A stretch of DNA of 64,000 nucleotides from Candidatus Acidiferrales bacterium (GTDB lineage Bacteria > Chloroflexota > Dormibacteria > Aeolococcales > Aeolococcaceae), in the NCBI GenBank assembly GCA_035534435.1, contig DATLRX010000033.1, forward strand, positions 88,560 through 152,559, in the 5' to 3' direction. The notes beneath the pieces were generated by a model. It did not search any database. It had not been told where the DNA came from and saw only the letters and a list, made by a program, of their open reading frames with translations. Positions 1-7,751 of the stretch are shown here, in pieces. Made by a program: the position numbers and the translations under genes. Each line of letters begins with the position of its first letter. The stretch's first letter is position 1.

Positions 1-241
1 CTCCCACCGCCAGCACGATTCCCTGCGCCATGACGTCACCGGCTCTGAAGCCGGCGTAGCCCAGCACGCCGGCGAGCACGAGGTGGAGGACATCCCTCGT
101 GTATGTCAGATGGAGTGCGACGTGGCCCAGGTTGCCCTCCGGCAGATGATGGACGAGAGTCCCGGCGTCTCCGGTCAAGAACCCACCCACCCCGAGGACG
201 AGGAACACCATCGCGCCGAACTGGGCGTAGAGACGTGCCAT
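1..241 (-). CDS. small membrane protein, partial (5' end in window, 3' end cut by window edge); DUF4383-like
   Basis: Reverse strand from ATG at about 241 translates to MARLYAQFGAMVFLVLGVGGFLTGDAGTLVHHLPEGNLGHVALHLTYTRDVLHLVLAGVLGYAGF... with hydrophobic helices and His-containing loops. It starts 5 nt after the PP2C stop on the same strand. Absent from the ORF track because it is truncated. Confidence 0.3.
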   Translation of the reverse strand, partial: MARLYAQFGAMVFLVLGVGGFLTGDAGTLVHHLPEGNLGHVALHLTYTRDVLHLVLAGVLGYAGFRAGDVMAQGIVLAVG

Positions 242-246
242 CGAGG

Positions 247-1032
247 TCAGACGGTAGCCGATGGCGCGGGCAGCCAGCGATTCGCGACCATCGTCACATT
301 GTCGGTGCCGCCGCCCGCCAGCGCCGCGTCGCAGGCACGCGTCAGGGCAACGCCGAGCGGATCCGACGATGAAAGCACGGCGCCGAGCGCAGAGTCGGCG
401 AGCGGCTCCCAGAGACCGTCCGAACACAGCAGCAAGACGTCCCCGGGGGCTGCGTCCACTTCGAACACATCGGCTTCGACGGGGTCACCCATCACGGCGC
501 GCTCGATGAGATTGCGCTTCTGGTGGTGGCGAGCCTCCTCAGCGCTCATCGCCCCGGCGCGAACCTGGGCGGCTGCCCAGGAGTGATCCTCGGTGATCTG
601 CGTCACCGCCGCGCCGTGGATGAGATAGGCGCGACTGTCGCCCACGTTCACGATGGTGGCGTGCGCGCCGCGGACCACCGCGAGCACCAGCGTCGTCCCC
701 GGGTTGCCGCCGATCTGGTCGCGCACTCCGGCGACCGACCGGCTCGCGGCCGCGACAGCCTCGCGCAGCGCCTGTCGTGGATCGGCCTCCGGCGCGGCGC
801 TGGTCAGGACGGCCATCGCCCCCGTGATCGCAGCGTCGGCGGATTCGAGCCCGCCCTTGTGGCCACCCATGCCGTCGGCGAGCGCCAGCACAGCGCCGGC
901 ACCGTCGGGGCTCACCTTCGCCGCCCAGACATCCTGGTTCTGGGTCCGGACAGGTCCGATGTCGCTGATGCCCGCGATCTCCAGAAGCTCCGCGCCGCCG
1001 GGGATCGACCGCGAGGCGCGGTCTCCGGTCAT
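247..1032 (-). CDS. PP2C-family Ser/Thr protein phosphatase
   Basis: 261 aa. LADGMGGHKGG metal-binding motif, NVGDSRAYL, and C-terminal DG..D..NVT pattern typical of PPM phosphatases. Confidence 0.85.
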   Translation of the reverse strand: MTGDRASRSIPGGAELLEIAGISDIGPVRTQNQDVWAAKVSPDGAGAVLALADGMGGHKGGLESADAAITGAMAVLTSAAPEADPRQALREAVAAASRSVAGVRDQIGGNPGTTLVLAVVRGAHATIVNVGDSRAYLIHGAAVTQITEDHSWAAAQVRAGAMSAEEARHHQKRNLIERAVMGDPVEADVFEVDAAPGDVLLLCSDGLWEPLADSALGAVLSSSDPLGVALTRACDAALAGGGTDNVTMVANRWLPAPSATV

Positions 1033-1769
1033 GCCTCCGCCTCACCCTCGGCCGCGGCGGGATGCCCGAGCACGCGCCGCACCACCTCGTCTGCCGCCTC
1101 AACCGGCTCGAAGCACTGGATGGTCTGCATCCCGAGCGCGCTCGCCGCCTCGACATTGCAGAGGAGGTCGTCGATGAAGAGGCAGCGCTCCGCCACGACG
1201 CCGAGACGCTCGCACGTGAGCCGGTAGATCTCGGGATCGGGTTTGCGCAGGCCGACTTTCGACGAGTCCACGACGACGTCGAAGAGCTCCTCGACCGGGA
1301 ACAGGGCGCTGAAGATCGCCTCGCCCTCTCGCGAGATGTTCGTCAGCAGCGCTGTCTTGTAGCCGGCATCGCGAATCTGGCGCACCGCGTCCGCCATCGC
1401 CCCGCAGGCCACCATGCCGTGGCCGAAGATCACCTTCTGCGCGCCGCGCGGGTCGACCGGATCGTTGCCCGCGTCGGCGTAGCGCACGCACATGCGGTCG
1501 AAGAACTCGTCGTCACCGATCTTGCCCGTTTCGAGCAGGTGCAGATCGTGCGCGCCTGTCGTGAGGTGGTAGTGGTCGCGGAACTCGTTGAGGAAGAACG
1601 CGACCAGTCCGAAGAACTCCGGAGGGACATCGGTGCGGTGCCGGAAGAGGGGCTCCGTCATGACCCCGCCGAGATCGAAGATCACGCCGTCGAGGTCCCG
1701 ACCGGCATCGACCGGCTGCGTCGTCGTCTGCTCCTGAGTCATCGGCTCCATTGTGCCTAACCGTGCCAA
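1029..1769 (-). CDS. HAD-superfamily hydrolase (haloacid dehalogenase-like phosphatase)
   Basis: VIFDLGGVM motif I (DxD) and HAD motif order. ATGA overlap with the PP2C gene. True start may be an internal Met (MEPMTQEQ). Confidence 0.7.
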   Translation of the reverse strand: MARLGTMEPMTQEQTTTQPVDAGRDLDGVIFDLGGVMTEPLFRHRTDVPPEFFGLVAFFLNEFRDHYHLTTGAHDLHLLETGKIGDDEFFDRMCVRYADAGNDPVDPRGAQKVIFGHGMVACGAMADAVRQIRDAGYKTALLTNISREGEAIFSALFPVEELFDVVVDSSKVGLRKPDPEIYRLTCERLGVVAERCLFIDDLLCNVEAASALGMQTIQCFEPVEAADEVVRRVLGHPAAAEGEAEA

Positions 1770-2076
1770 GATGGCCGGTCATGAGAGCGGGTTGGACATC
1801 GCTGCCGTGGCCGAGTTGACAGCCTGCCCCTCCTTGAGCCAGGTCACGGAGGCGCGCGACCGGATCTCCGGCGTCGCGATTCGAACGCCGGTCGTGCCAC
1901 TGCATGACGAGTCTTCCCCAGGCATCCATCTCAAGCTCGAGAACCTGCAGCCGACGGGGCCGTTCACGGTCCGAGGCGCCACGAACCTGCCGGGCGGGAA
2001 CATCGACCCCGCGACACTGTTCGACATCGTCGCGCGCGAGCAGGAGGACGGACGTGCTGTACCTCACCCGGGCTGA
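1753..2076 (+). pseudogene. degenerate N-terminal fragment of a PLP-dependent threonine/serine dehydratase-like gene
   Basis: 107-aa ORF filling the HAD-ocd intergenic space. IRTPVVPLHDESSPGIHLKLENLQPTGPFTVRGATN matches the TdcB/IlvA N-terminal signature (..LK.EN.Q.TGSFK.RGA.N), but the catalytic Lys is replaced (SFK to PFT). The ORF terminates after about 75 homologous residues. A paralog of the intact gene at 2989..3918. Confidence 0.3.
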
Positions 2077-2992
2077 CGTCGAGCGGATGCTCGCGCCGGC
2101 CGAGCTGCTCGACGCGCTCGAGCGAGGCTTCCGTGCGTACTCGACCGGTGCCGCCTCGGTACCACCGCGCACCGCTGCGCGCACCCCTGCCGGTCTCCTC
2201 GGCGCCATGCCCGCGTGGGTCTCCGGCGGTGGGCTCGCGCTGAAGGCGGTGAGTGTGTTCCCCGGCAACGGGGCGCTCGGCCTTCCGTCACATCAGGGTG
2301 TCATCACGCTCTTCGACGAGCGGGACGGGGGCCTGCTGGCGGTGATGGACGCCGAGCACATCACCGCCATGCGTACCGGCGGAGGTGCGGCGGTGTCGGT
2401 ACGACTGCTCGCGCGCGCTGACGCCAGGACGCTCGCCATCGTCGGCGCCGGCGTGCAGGGGCATTCGCACCTCGCCACCGTCCCGCTGACTCGCGAGTTC
2501 ACCGAGATCCGGGTCTCATCGCGCGACATCGACAAGGCACACACCCTGGCGGCGCTCGATCCGCGCTGCGTCGTCGTTGAGGGATTCGAGGAGGCAATTC
2601 GCGGTGCCGACGTCGTGTGCTGCTGCACCGACACGCGAGAGCCGATCACGCGTGCCGGATGGTTCGCGCCAGGGACGCACGTGACGTCCGTCGGTGGCAC
2701 GTTCGGACCCGAGCTCGATCCCGAGACCGTCGCTCTCAACCGCGTCTTCGTCGAGTGGAGAGGTGCGGCCGAGAACGCACCCCCCGCCGGCGCGCATGAG
2801 CTGCAGGGACGTGATCCCGGGTCCATCACCGAGCTTGGTGAGCTGATCGCGGGGCTCAAGCCGGGTCGTGAGAACGACACCGAGATCACCGTCTACAAGT
2901 CGACCGGCAGCGGGTTTGAGGACGCGGTGACGGCGCGAATGGTCTACGAGGCGGCTGTGGCCGCGCACGTGGGAACCGAGCTCGAGCTGTGA
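2054..2992 (+). CDS. ornithine cyclodeaminase / mu-crystallin family protein
   Basis: GTG at 2054 preceded by AGGAGG. 312 aa. Rossmann GAGVQG motif and overall OCD/mu-crystallin architecture. The longer ORF-track N-terminal extension is Arg/Ser-rich junk. Confidence 0.8.
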   Translation: MLYLTRADVERMLAPAELLDALERGFRAYSTGAASVPPRTAARTPAGLLGAMPAWVSGGGLALKAVSVFPGNGALGLPSHQGVITLFDERDGGLLAVMDAEHITAMRTGGGAAVSVRLLARADARTLAIVGAGVQGHSHLATVPLTREFTEIRVSSRDIDKAHTLAALDPRCVVVEGFEEAIRGADVVCCCTDTREPITRAGWFAPGTHVTSVGGTFGPELDPETVALNRVFVEWRGAAENAPPAGAHELQGRDPGSITELGELIAGLKPGRENDTEITVYKSTGSGFEDAVTARMVYEAAVAAHVGTELEL

Positions 2993-3918
2993 CAACGCTG
3001 CTCGAGCTCGGCGCGGATGAGGTGCGCGAGACCGCTGCGCGGCTCGCCGCCGACATCCGCCATACACCGCTCATCGCCGCGCCCGGCGGTGGCTTCCTCA
3101 AGCTCGAATCGATGCAACCCACCGGCAGCTTCAAGGTGCGCGGGTTCTTTGCCGCCGCACACGCGATCGACCCTGACCGCGTCGCGCGCGGCTTCCTGTC
3201 GGTGAGCGCCGGCAACGCGGCGCTTGCGTGCGCGTATGTCGCGCACTCGCTCGGCGTCCCATGTCGCGTCGTCATGTACGAGAACGCGCCGCGTCCGAAG
3301 ATCGACGGCGTGCGCGCCCTCGGTGCAGTGCCGGTGCTCCTGCCGCGCGAAGGAGTGATGGATTGGATCACGAGACGAGGGTGGGAAGGTGAGCCCGAGG
3401 TCTTCGTGCACCCGTTCGCCGACGCCGACGTCATCCGCGGCCACTCCTCGATCGTTCCGGAGATCCTCGCCGACTGTCCCGATGTCGAACGCGTGCTCGT
3501 GCCGGTGGGAGGCGGCGGTCTCATCTGTGGCATCGCGCTCGGCTTTGCGGCGCTCAAGCCCGACGTGCAGGTCGTCGGGGTGCAGTCCGACGGGTATCCG
3601 TTGTGGCAGCAGGCATTTGCCGCCGGCGGTCCCGTGGCGCCTGTTCCGGACACCATCGCCGACGGCACCACGGCGCCGTTCACCGAGGTCATGTTCGAGC
3701 GCCTGGGCGCCCTCGTTCATGAGTGGGTGATCGTTCCGGAGATGGCCATGCGTGCGGCGATCGCACAGCTCGCCACTGCCGCAAAGGTCGTCGCCGAGGG
3801 CGCCGGAGCGCTCGCGTTCACGGCGATGCAGCAGGAACCGGAGCGGACGCACACCGTTGCCGTCCTCAGTGGCGGTAATCTCGATGCGGTGCGCCTGGCC
3901 GAGCTGCTGACCGTATAA
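2989..3918 (+). CDS. PLP-dependent threonine/serine dehydratase-like enzyme (fold type II)
   Basis: 309 aa. LKLESMQPTGSFKVRG (PLP Lys), SAGNAA, GGGGL glycine loop. 4-nt overlap with the preceding OCD gene. Confidence 0.8.
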   Translation: MTTLLELGADEVRETAARLAADIRHTPLIAAPGGGFLKLESMQPTGSFKVRGFFAAAHAIDPDRVARGFLSVSAGNAALACAYVAHSLGVPCRVVMYENAPRPKIDGVRALGAVPVLLPREGVMDWITRRGWEGEPEVFVHPFADADVIRGHSSIVPEILADCPDVERVLVPVGGGGLICGIALGFAALKPDVQVVGVQSDGYPLWQQAFAAGGPVAPVPDTIADGTTAPFTEVMFERLGALVHEWVIVPEMAMRAAIAQLATAAKVVAEGAGALAFTAMQQEPERTHTVAVLSGGNLDAVRLAELLTV

Positions 3919-3928
3919 GGAGCCTGCG

Positions 3929-4315
3929 ATGAGCGATGCGGCACTCGAAATCGTGTTCGACCATTTCCACGCGCGCCGGCGGCGCGACATCGCGGCGGTG
4001 ACGGCCGGCCTCGACCCGGACGTCGTCCACCAGGGCGTGTTGCCGAGTCTCGTGTGCAACGGGCGAGACGCCGTTGTCGAGCGAATCGCATCGAGCTTCG
4101 ATGACCACGACGACCGTGGTATCGAGCGTCTCGAGTTCCTCGCGGCGGGCGAGCACGTGATCGTGTCCATCGCCGGCACGAGGTTCCGCGAGATCCCATT
4201 CCTGGACGGCGAGATCTTCATGCTCTTCACCATCCGCGACGGCCGCATCGCCCGAATCGACGACTTTGCAACCCGGGGGGATGCGCTGCTGGCAGCGCAG
4301 ACGCCGACAGGCTAG
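3929..4315 (+). CDS. SnoaL-like / NTF2-fold small protein
   Basis: 128 aa. AAGGAG RBS 7 nt upstream. Cone-like alpha+beta composition with conserved Asp/His typical of SnoaL polyketide-cyclase-like proteins. 10 nt after the dehydratase gene. Confidence 0.55.
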   Translation: MSDAALEIVFDHFHARRRRDIAAVTAGLDPDVVHQGVLPSLVCNGRDAVVERIASSFDDHDDRGIERLEFLAAGEHVIVSIAGTRFREIPFLDGEIFMLFTIRDGRIARIDDFATRGDALLAAQTPTG

Positions 4316-4713
4316 GCCGACGCCGGCGCCAGCTCCTGCAGCAGCGCCTCCACTCGTTCGTCGATCTCATCGCGGATCCGTCGCACCGTCGAGAGTGGCT
4401 TGCCGGCGGGATCCTCGAGCTCCCAGTCGAGATACCGCTTGCCCGGGTAGAACGGACACGCGTCGCCGCATCCCATCGTGATGACCACGTCGGCGGTGCG
4501 CACGGACTCGTCCGTCAGCGGTTTCGGAAACTCCCTGCTGATGTCGATGCCGACCTCGGCCATTGCCGCGACCACTGCGGGGTTGAGCCGGTCGGCGGGC
4601 TCCGATCCCGCGGAGCGGACATGGACAGTCCCTCGGGCCCGACGGTTGAGGAGCGCCGCCGCCATCTGTGAACGGCCTGCGTTGTGCACGCAGACGAACA
4701 GGACCTCAGGCAC
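4312..4713 (-). CDS. arsC: arsenate reductase, LMW-PTP (thioredoxin-coupled) type
   Basis: 133 aa. VLFVCVHNAGRSQMA P-loop with CX5R, plus a downstream Cys pair. Confidence 0.85.
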   Translation of the reverse strand: MPEVLFVCVHNAGRSQMAAALLNRRARGTVHVRSAGSEPADRLNPAVVAAMAEVGIDISREFPKPLTDESVRTADVVITMGCGDACPFYPGKRYLDWELEDPAGKPLSTVRRIRDEIDERVEALLQELAPASA

Positions 4714-5755
4714 GCGATCCGTCCTGGTCCGGAAAGACTCGGCGGGCGGCGAGCGCGACGTAGACCAAGCCGACGAGCACCGGCACCTCGATCAGTGGGC
4801 CCACCACGCCCGCCAACGCCTGTCCTGATGCGGCGCCGAAGGTCGCGATGGCCACGGCGATCGCCAATTCGAAGTTGTTGCCCGCAGCGGTGAAGGCGAG
4901 CGTGACCGCCCGGGGGTACGGAAGCCGCAATGCGCGGCCAAGGGCCATCGAGCCAGCCCACATGGTCGCGAAATAGACAAGCAGCGGCACCGCGATGCGG
5001 GCCACGTCCAGGGGATGCGAGGTGATCGCGTGGCCCTGCAGCGCGAACAGGATGACGATGGTGAACAGCAATCCATACAACGCGAATGGACCGAGCCGGG
5101 GCAGCAGCCGAGCCTCGTACCACGCACGACCTCTGGCCCGTTCGCCGACACGTCGGGTGAGGTACCCCGCGAACAGGGGGATGCCGAGAAAGATCAGCAC
5201 ACTGCGCACGATCGACCAACTCGACACGGTGAGGTGCGCAGCCGACAAGCCGAGCCATCCGGGCAGGACCTGGAGGTAGAACCATCCAAGGACACCGAAG
5301 GCGAGGACCTGAAAGATCGAGTTGAGGGCGACCAGGACCGCGGCAGCTTCTCGGTCTCCACCGGCCAGGTCGTTCCAGATGATGACCATTGCGATGCAGC
5401 GTGCCAGTCCGACGATGATCAGGCCCGTTCGGTAGGAGGGGAGATCAGGGAGAAAGATCCAAGCCAGCGCGAACATGAGGGCGGGCCCGATCAGCCAGTT
5501 GAGAATCAGTGAGGGCACCACCAGCCTCCGGTCGCCGGTAACCGTGTCGAGCCGGTCGTACCTCACCTTGGCCAGCACCGGGTACATCATCAGCAGCAGC
5601 CCCAGCGCGATGGGGAGCGACACACCGCTGACCTCGACCGTGGACAGTGCGGTGCCCAGGCCAGACCAGGCGCGCCCGAGAATCAGGCCGACGGCCATCG
5701 CCAGGGCAATCCAGGCCGGCAGGAACCGATCCAGGGTGGACAGGCGGCTCGCAAC
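4706..5755 (-). CDS. acr3: arsenite efflux permease, ACR3 family
   Basis: Polytopic membrane protein. LDRFLPAWIALAMAVG N-terminus and MYPVLAKVRYD motif typical of Acr3. The track ORF carries an N-terminal extension. The GTG start near 5755 is inferred, so the start is uncertain. Confidence 0.8.
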   Translation of the reverse strand, partial: VASRLSTLDRFLPAWIALAMAVGLILGRAWSGLGTALSTVEVSGVSLPIALGLLLMMYPVLAKVRYDRLDTVTGDRRLVVPSLILNWLIGPALMFALAWIFLPDLPSYRTGLIIVGLARCIAMVIIWNDLAGGDREAAAVLVALNSIFQVLAFGVLGWFYLQVLPGWLGLSAAHLTVSSWSIVRSVLIFLGIPLFAGYLTRRVGERARGRAWYEARLLPRLGPFALYGLLFTIVILFALQGHAITSHPLDVARIAVPLLVYFATMWAGSMALGRALRLPYPRAVTLAFTAAGNNFELAIAVAIATFGAASGQALAGVVGPLIEVPVLVGLVYVALAARRVFPDQDGSRA

Positions 5756-5819
5756 CGGCCCTGCGCCCGGCGCGGAACCGGAACGGACGGCGACGGCCTC
5801 GTCGGCCGGACTCACGGCA

Positions 5820-6251
5820 TCAACAGCAGCCGGAGGTCGCGTCGTGCGTGCCGCAGCATCCCTCGCCAACAGCGCCGGCCGTCTCCGCCGGAGCGTCGGC
5901 GAGCACCGTGTACACCTCCCAACGGGTATCGGCGCCGGCAACCCAGACCTTGTCCTGGAGCGCATGGCAGCATGTCACGCCATCCTCGACCTCGGTTGGC
6001 AGGCCTTCGGCAGTCAGCCGCCGTGTCGCTGACACGACCTCGGCGGTTGACGAGACCTCCACGCCAAGGTGATTCAATGTGCCCGCCTGTGCGGGATTCT
6101 CGAACAGGACGAGCTTGAGCGGCGGGTCGGCGACGGCGAAGTTCGCGTACCCCGGGCGCCGCTTTGCGGGCTCGGACTGAAAGAGCTTCGAGTAGAAGTC
6201 AACGGCCGCATCGAGGTCGCTGACATTCAGCGCGAGTTGGACCCTTCCCAT
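5820..6251 (-). CDS. glyoxalase/VOC-family CadI/ArsI-like protein with vicinal cysteines
   Basis: MGRVQLALNVSDLDAAVDFYSKLF...GYANFAV...LKLVL...HLGVEV glyoxalase fold. TCCHALQDKVWV vicinal Cys pair and a Cys-rich tail (GCCGTHDATSGCC). First gene of the acr3-arsC operon. Confidence 0.65.
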   Translation of the reverse strand: MGRVQLALNVSDLDAAVDFYSKLFQSEPAKRRPGYANFAVADPPLKLVLFENPAQAGTLNHLGVEVSSTAEVVSATRRLTAEGLPTEVEDGVTCCHALQDKVWVAGADTRWEVYTVLADAPAETAGAVGEGCCGTHDATSGCC

Positions 6252-6266
6252 GTCAGCACGAGCATC

Positions 6267-6338
6267 CGCAGTCACAGGTCCCGTCGCAGTCACAGGTCCC
6301 GTCGCAGTCACAGTTGCAATCGCAGTCCACGGTGCAGC
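6267..6338. repeat. four tandem 18-bp direct repeats (CGCAGTCACAGGTCCCGT x2 perfect, x2 degenerate) in the arsR / cadI-acr3-arsC divergent region
   Basis: Read directly from the sequence. Copies 1 and 2 are identical. Copies 3 and 4 retain the CGCAGTC.CA core. They lie upstream of the inferred cadI-like start, or would encode TATGPV repeats if the longer ORF were real. Confidence 0.7.
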
Positions 6339-6343
6339 CTCCT

Positions 6344-6374
6344 ATCGATAAACGTCGATTGATCACAGCGATCA
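6344..6374. promoter_or_regulatory. candidate ArsR operator: inverted repeat ATCGA-N6-TCGAT followed by TGATCACAGCGATCA
   Basis: Palindromes seen about 25-55 nt upstream of the arsR start, in a divergent promoter region. Confidence 0.4.
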
Positions 6375-6399
6375 TACGTTGTTCCATCGACGGCTGTCA

Positions 6400-6780
6400 A
6401 TGGGTAGAATGAGCCCTGTGCCCACCACACCGAAGCCGTTGATGGCCCTCCCCGTCGTCGATCGGGTCAAGGGATGCAGCCAGCAGGTCTCGGATCCCCT
6501 CCCCGCGGCACGCGCCGACGTTCTCGCCGGTGTCCACAAAGCACTCGGTGATCCGACACGCGTCCAGATCCTGCACATCCTGGCTGCCGCCACCGAACCG
6601 GTCTGCGTCTGCGATTTCACCGCGGCATTCGACCTGGGGCAGCCGACGATCAGCCATCACCTGGCGAAGCTGCGTGAGGCGGGCATCGTGACCAGCTTCA
6701 AACGCGGGATCTGGGCCTTCTATCAACTCGATCCGGAGATGCCGGCAGCCGCCCGGTCCGCGATCGAGCTCCTTCGCTGA
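6400..6780 (+). CDS. arsR: ArsR/SmtB-family metalloregulatory transcriptional repressor
   Basis: Winged-HTH metalloregulator. ELCVCDF-type CVC As(III)-binding motif (PVCVCDFTAAF). HTH (QPTISHHLAKLREAGIV). Divergent from the ars operon. Confidence 0.8.
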   Translation: MGRMSPVPTTPKPLMALPVVDRVKGCSQQVSDPLPAARADVLAGVHKALGDPTRVQILHILAAATEPVCVCDFTAAFDLGQPTISHHLAKLREAGIVTSFKRGIWAFYQLDPEMPAAARSAIELLR

Positions 6781-6947
6781 TCTGAGGCCTCCCGAGCCGC
6801 GAGCGCCGGCCCGACCGAACGATGGTCTGAACGGTCCAAACGACCGGCCACCCGAACTGCCATGCTGGGCTCCGACGCATTGACGGACGGCTGAGCCCGC
6901 ATTGGGCGTGTGCCGTCCGTTCTCCGCGCCGAGAGTGTGGGGGTGAG

Positions 6948-7751
6948 GTGGTGAGAAGCATCGTTGTGTCTGCGCTGGCCTGCGCCTGGATGGCGGCGGC
7001 TGCATCCGGTTGCGGCGCATTGGCGCCGCAGCATGCGCCGAGTGCACCCGCGGTCCGGGCGTCGCCGGCGATCAGCACGAGTCCATCGGCGACGGCAAGC
7101 GGACCATGCGCGGGCGTCACGGCGACGGTGAGCATCGACGACGTGGCGCCGGCGTGTCAGGCGCGCTGGGTGCCGTACGGGGTCACCGAGGTTCCGCCCG
7201 CGAACGAGCTGACGATCGAACACGTCCCCAACGCGCCGGCGGTGGTCAACATGACCGACGGGGCGGTGACCGACGCGACGGCGCAACACTGGGCGAATGC
7301 CAGCAACTGGGACAGCGGCTGGTGGCAGTGGGCGCAGGCTCACGGCCAGCTCTTCATGTTGCGCAACCTGGTCGGTCCGGCCCTCATCCCCGTCGCCGAG
7401 GTCGAGGCACTCCAACACGGGGGGACCGTCGCCCAACCCGACTGCAATCTCTACCCCGTCAGCTCCACGTTGTTCGCGGTCGGCGACGCCGGCAGGGCGT
7501 ACTTCGCTCGCAAACACCTACCGACCGATGACACGTACGTCTTCGTGGTCGTGTACCGCGGCCCGTGCAGCGAAACGCTCAGAACCGCTGACGGAGTGAC
7601 GTCGTCGATCGTCGACTTCACGGAGAACACCACCGTGTTCGCGCCGGGCACCTTGCGCAGCGACCCGGTCCTCGGTGATCTCTGGTTCGCCGATGCGGGA
7701 GGCAACTGTCAGGACCCGCTCGGGCCGCCACCCGTCTGGTGCGGTCGGTGA
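6948..7751 (+). CDS. putative lipoprotein, unknown function
   Basis: GTG start with a G-rich RBS. Signal peptide plus lipobox (AAASGC). Trp/Asn/Tyr-containing non-junk composition. Several Cys residues. Confidence 0.5.
   Translation: MVRSIVVSALACAWMAAAASGCGALAPQHAPSAPAVRASPAISTSPSATASGPCAGVTATVSIDDVAPACQARWVPYGVTEVPPANELTIEHVPNAPAVVNMTDGAVTDATAQHWANASNWDSGWWQWAQAHGQLFMLRNLVGPALIPVAEVEALQHGGTVAQPDCNLYPVSSTLFAVGDAGRAYFARKHLPTDDTYVFVVVYRGPCSETLRTADGVTSSIVDFTENTTVFAPGTLRSDPVLGDLWFADAGGNCQDPLGPPPVWCGR

Noticed and set aside
2944-4248. 434-aa minus-strand ORF
   Set aside because: Antisense to the OCD, dehydratase and SnoaL genes, which have recognisable motifs and RBSs. Arg/Ser-rich.
6781-6947. 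Possible tRNA or terminator in the arsR-lipoprotein spacer
   Set aside because: A GC-rich hairpin (GACGGACGGC...GCCGTCCGT) is present but has no U-tract and no tRNA T-loop or anticodon features. No tRNA-like sequence was found in any intergenic region.
6723-7517. 264-aa minus-strand ORF opposite the putative lipoprotein
   Set aside because: Arg/Asp-rich with no signal or motifs. The plus-strand ORF has an RBS, a lipobox and a balanced composition.
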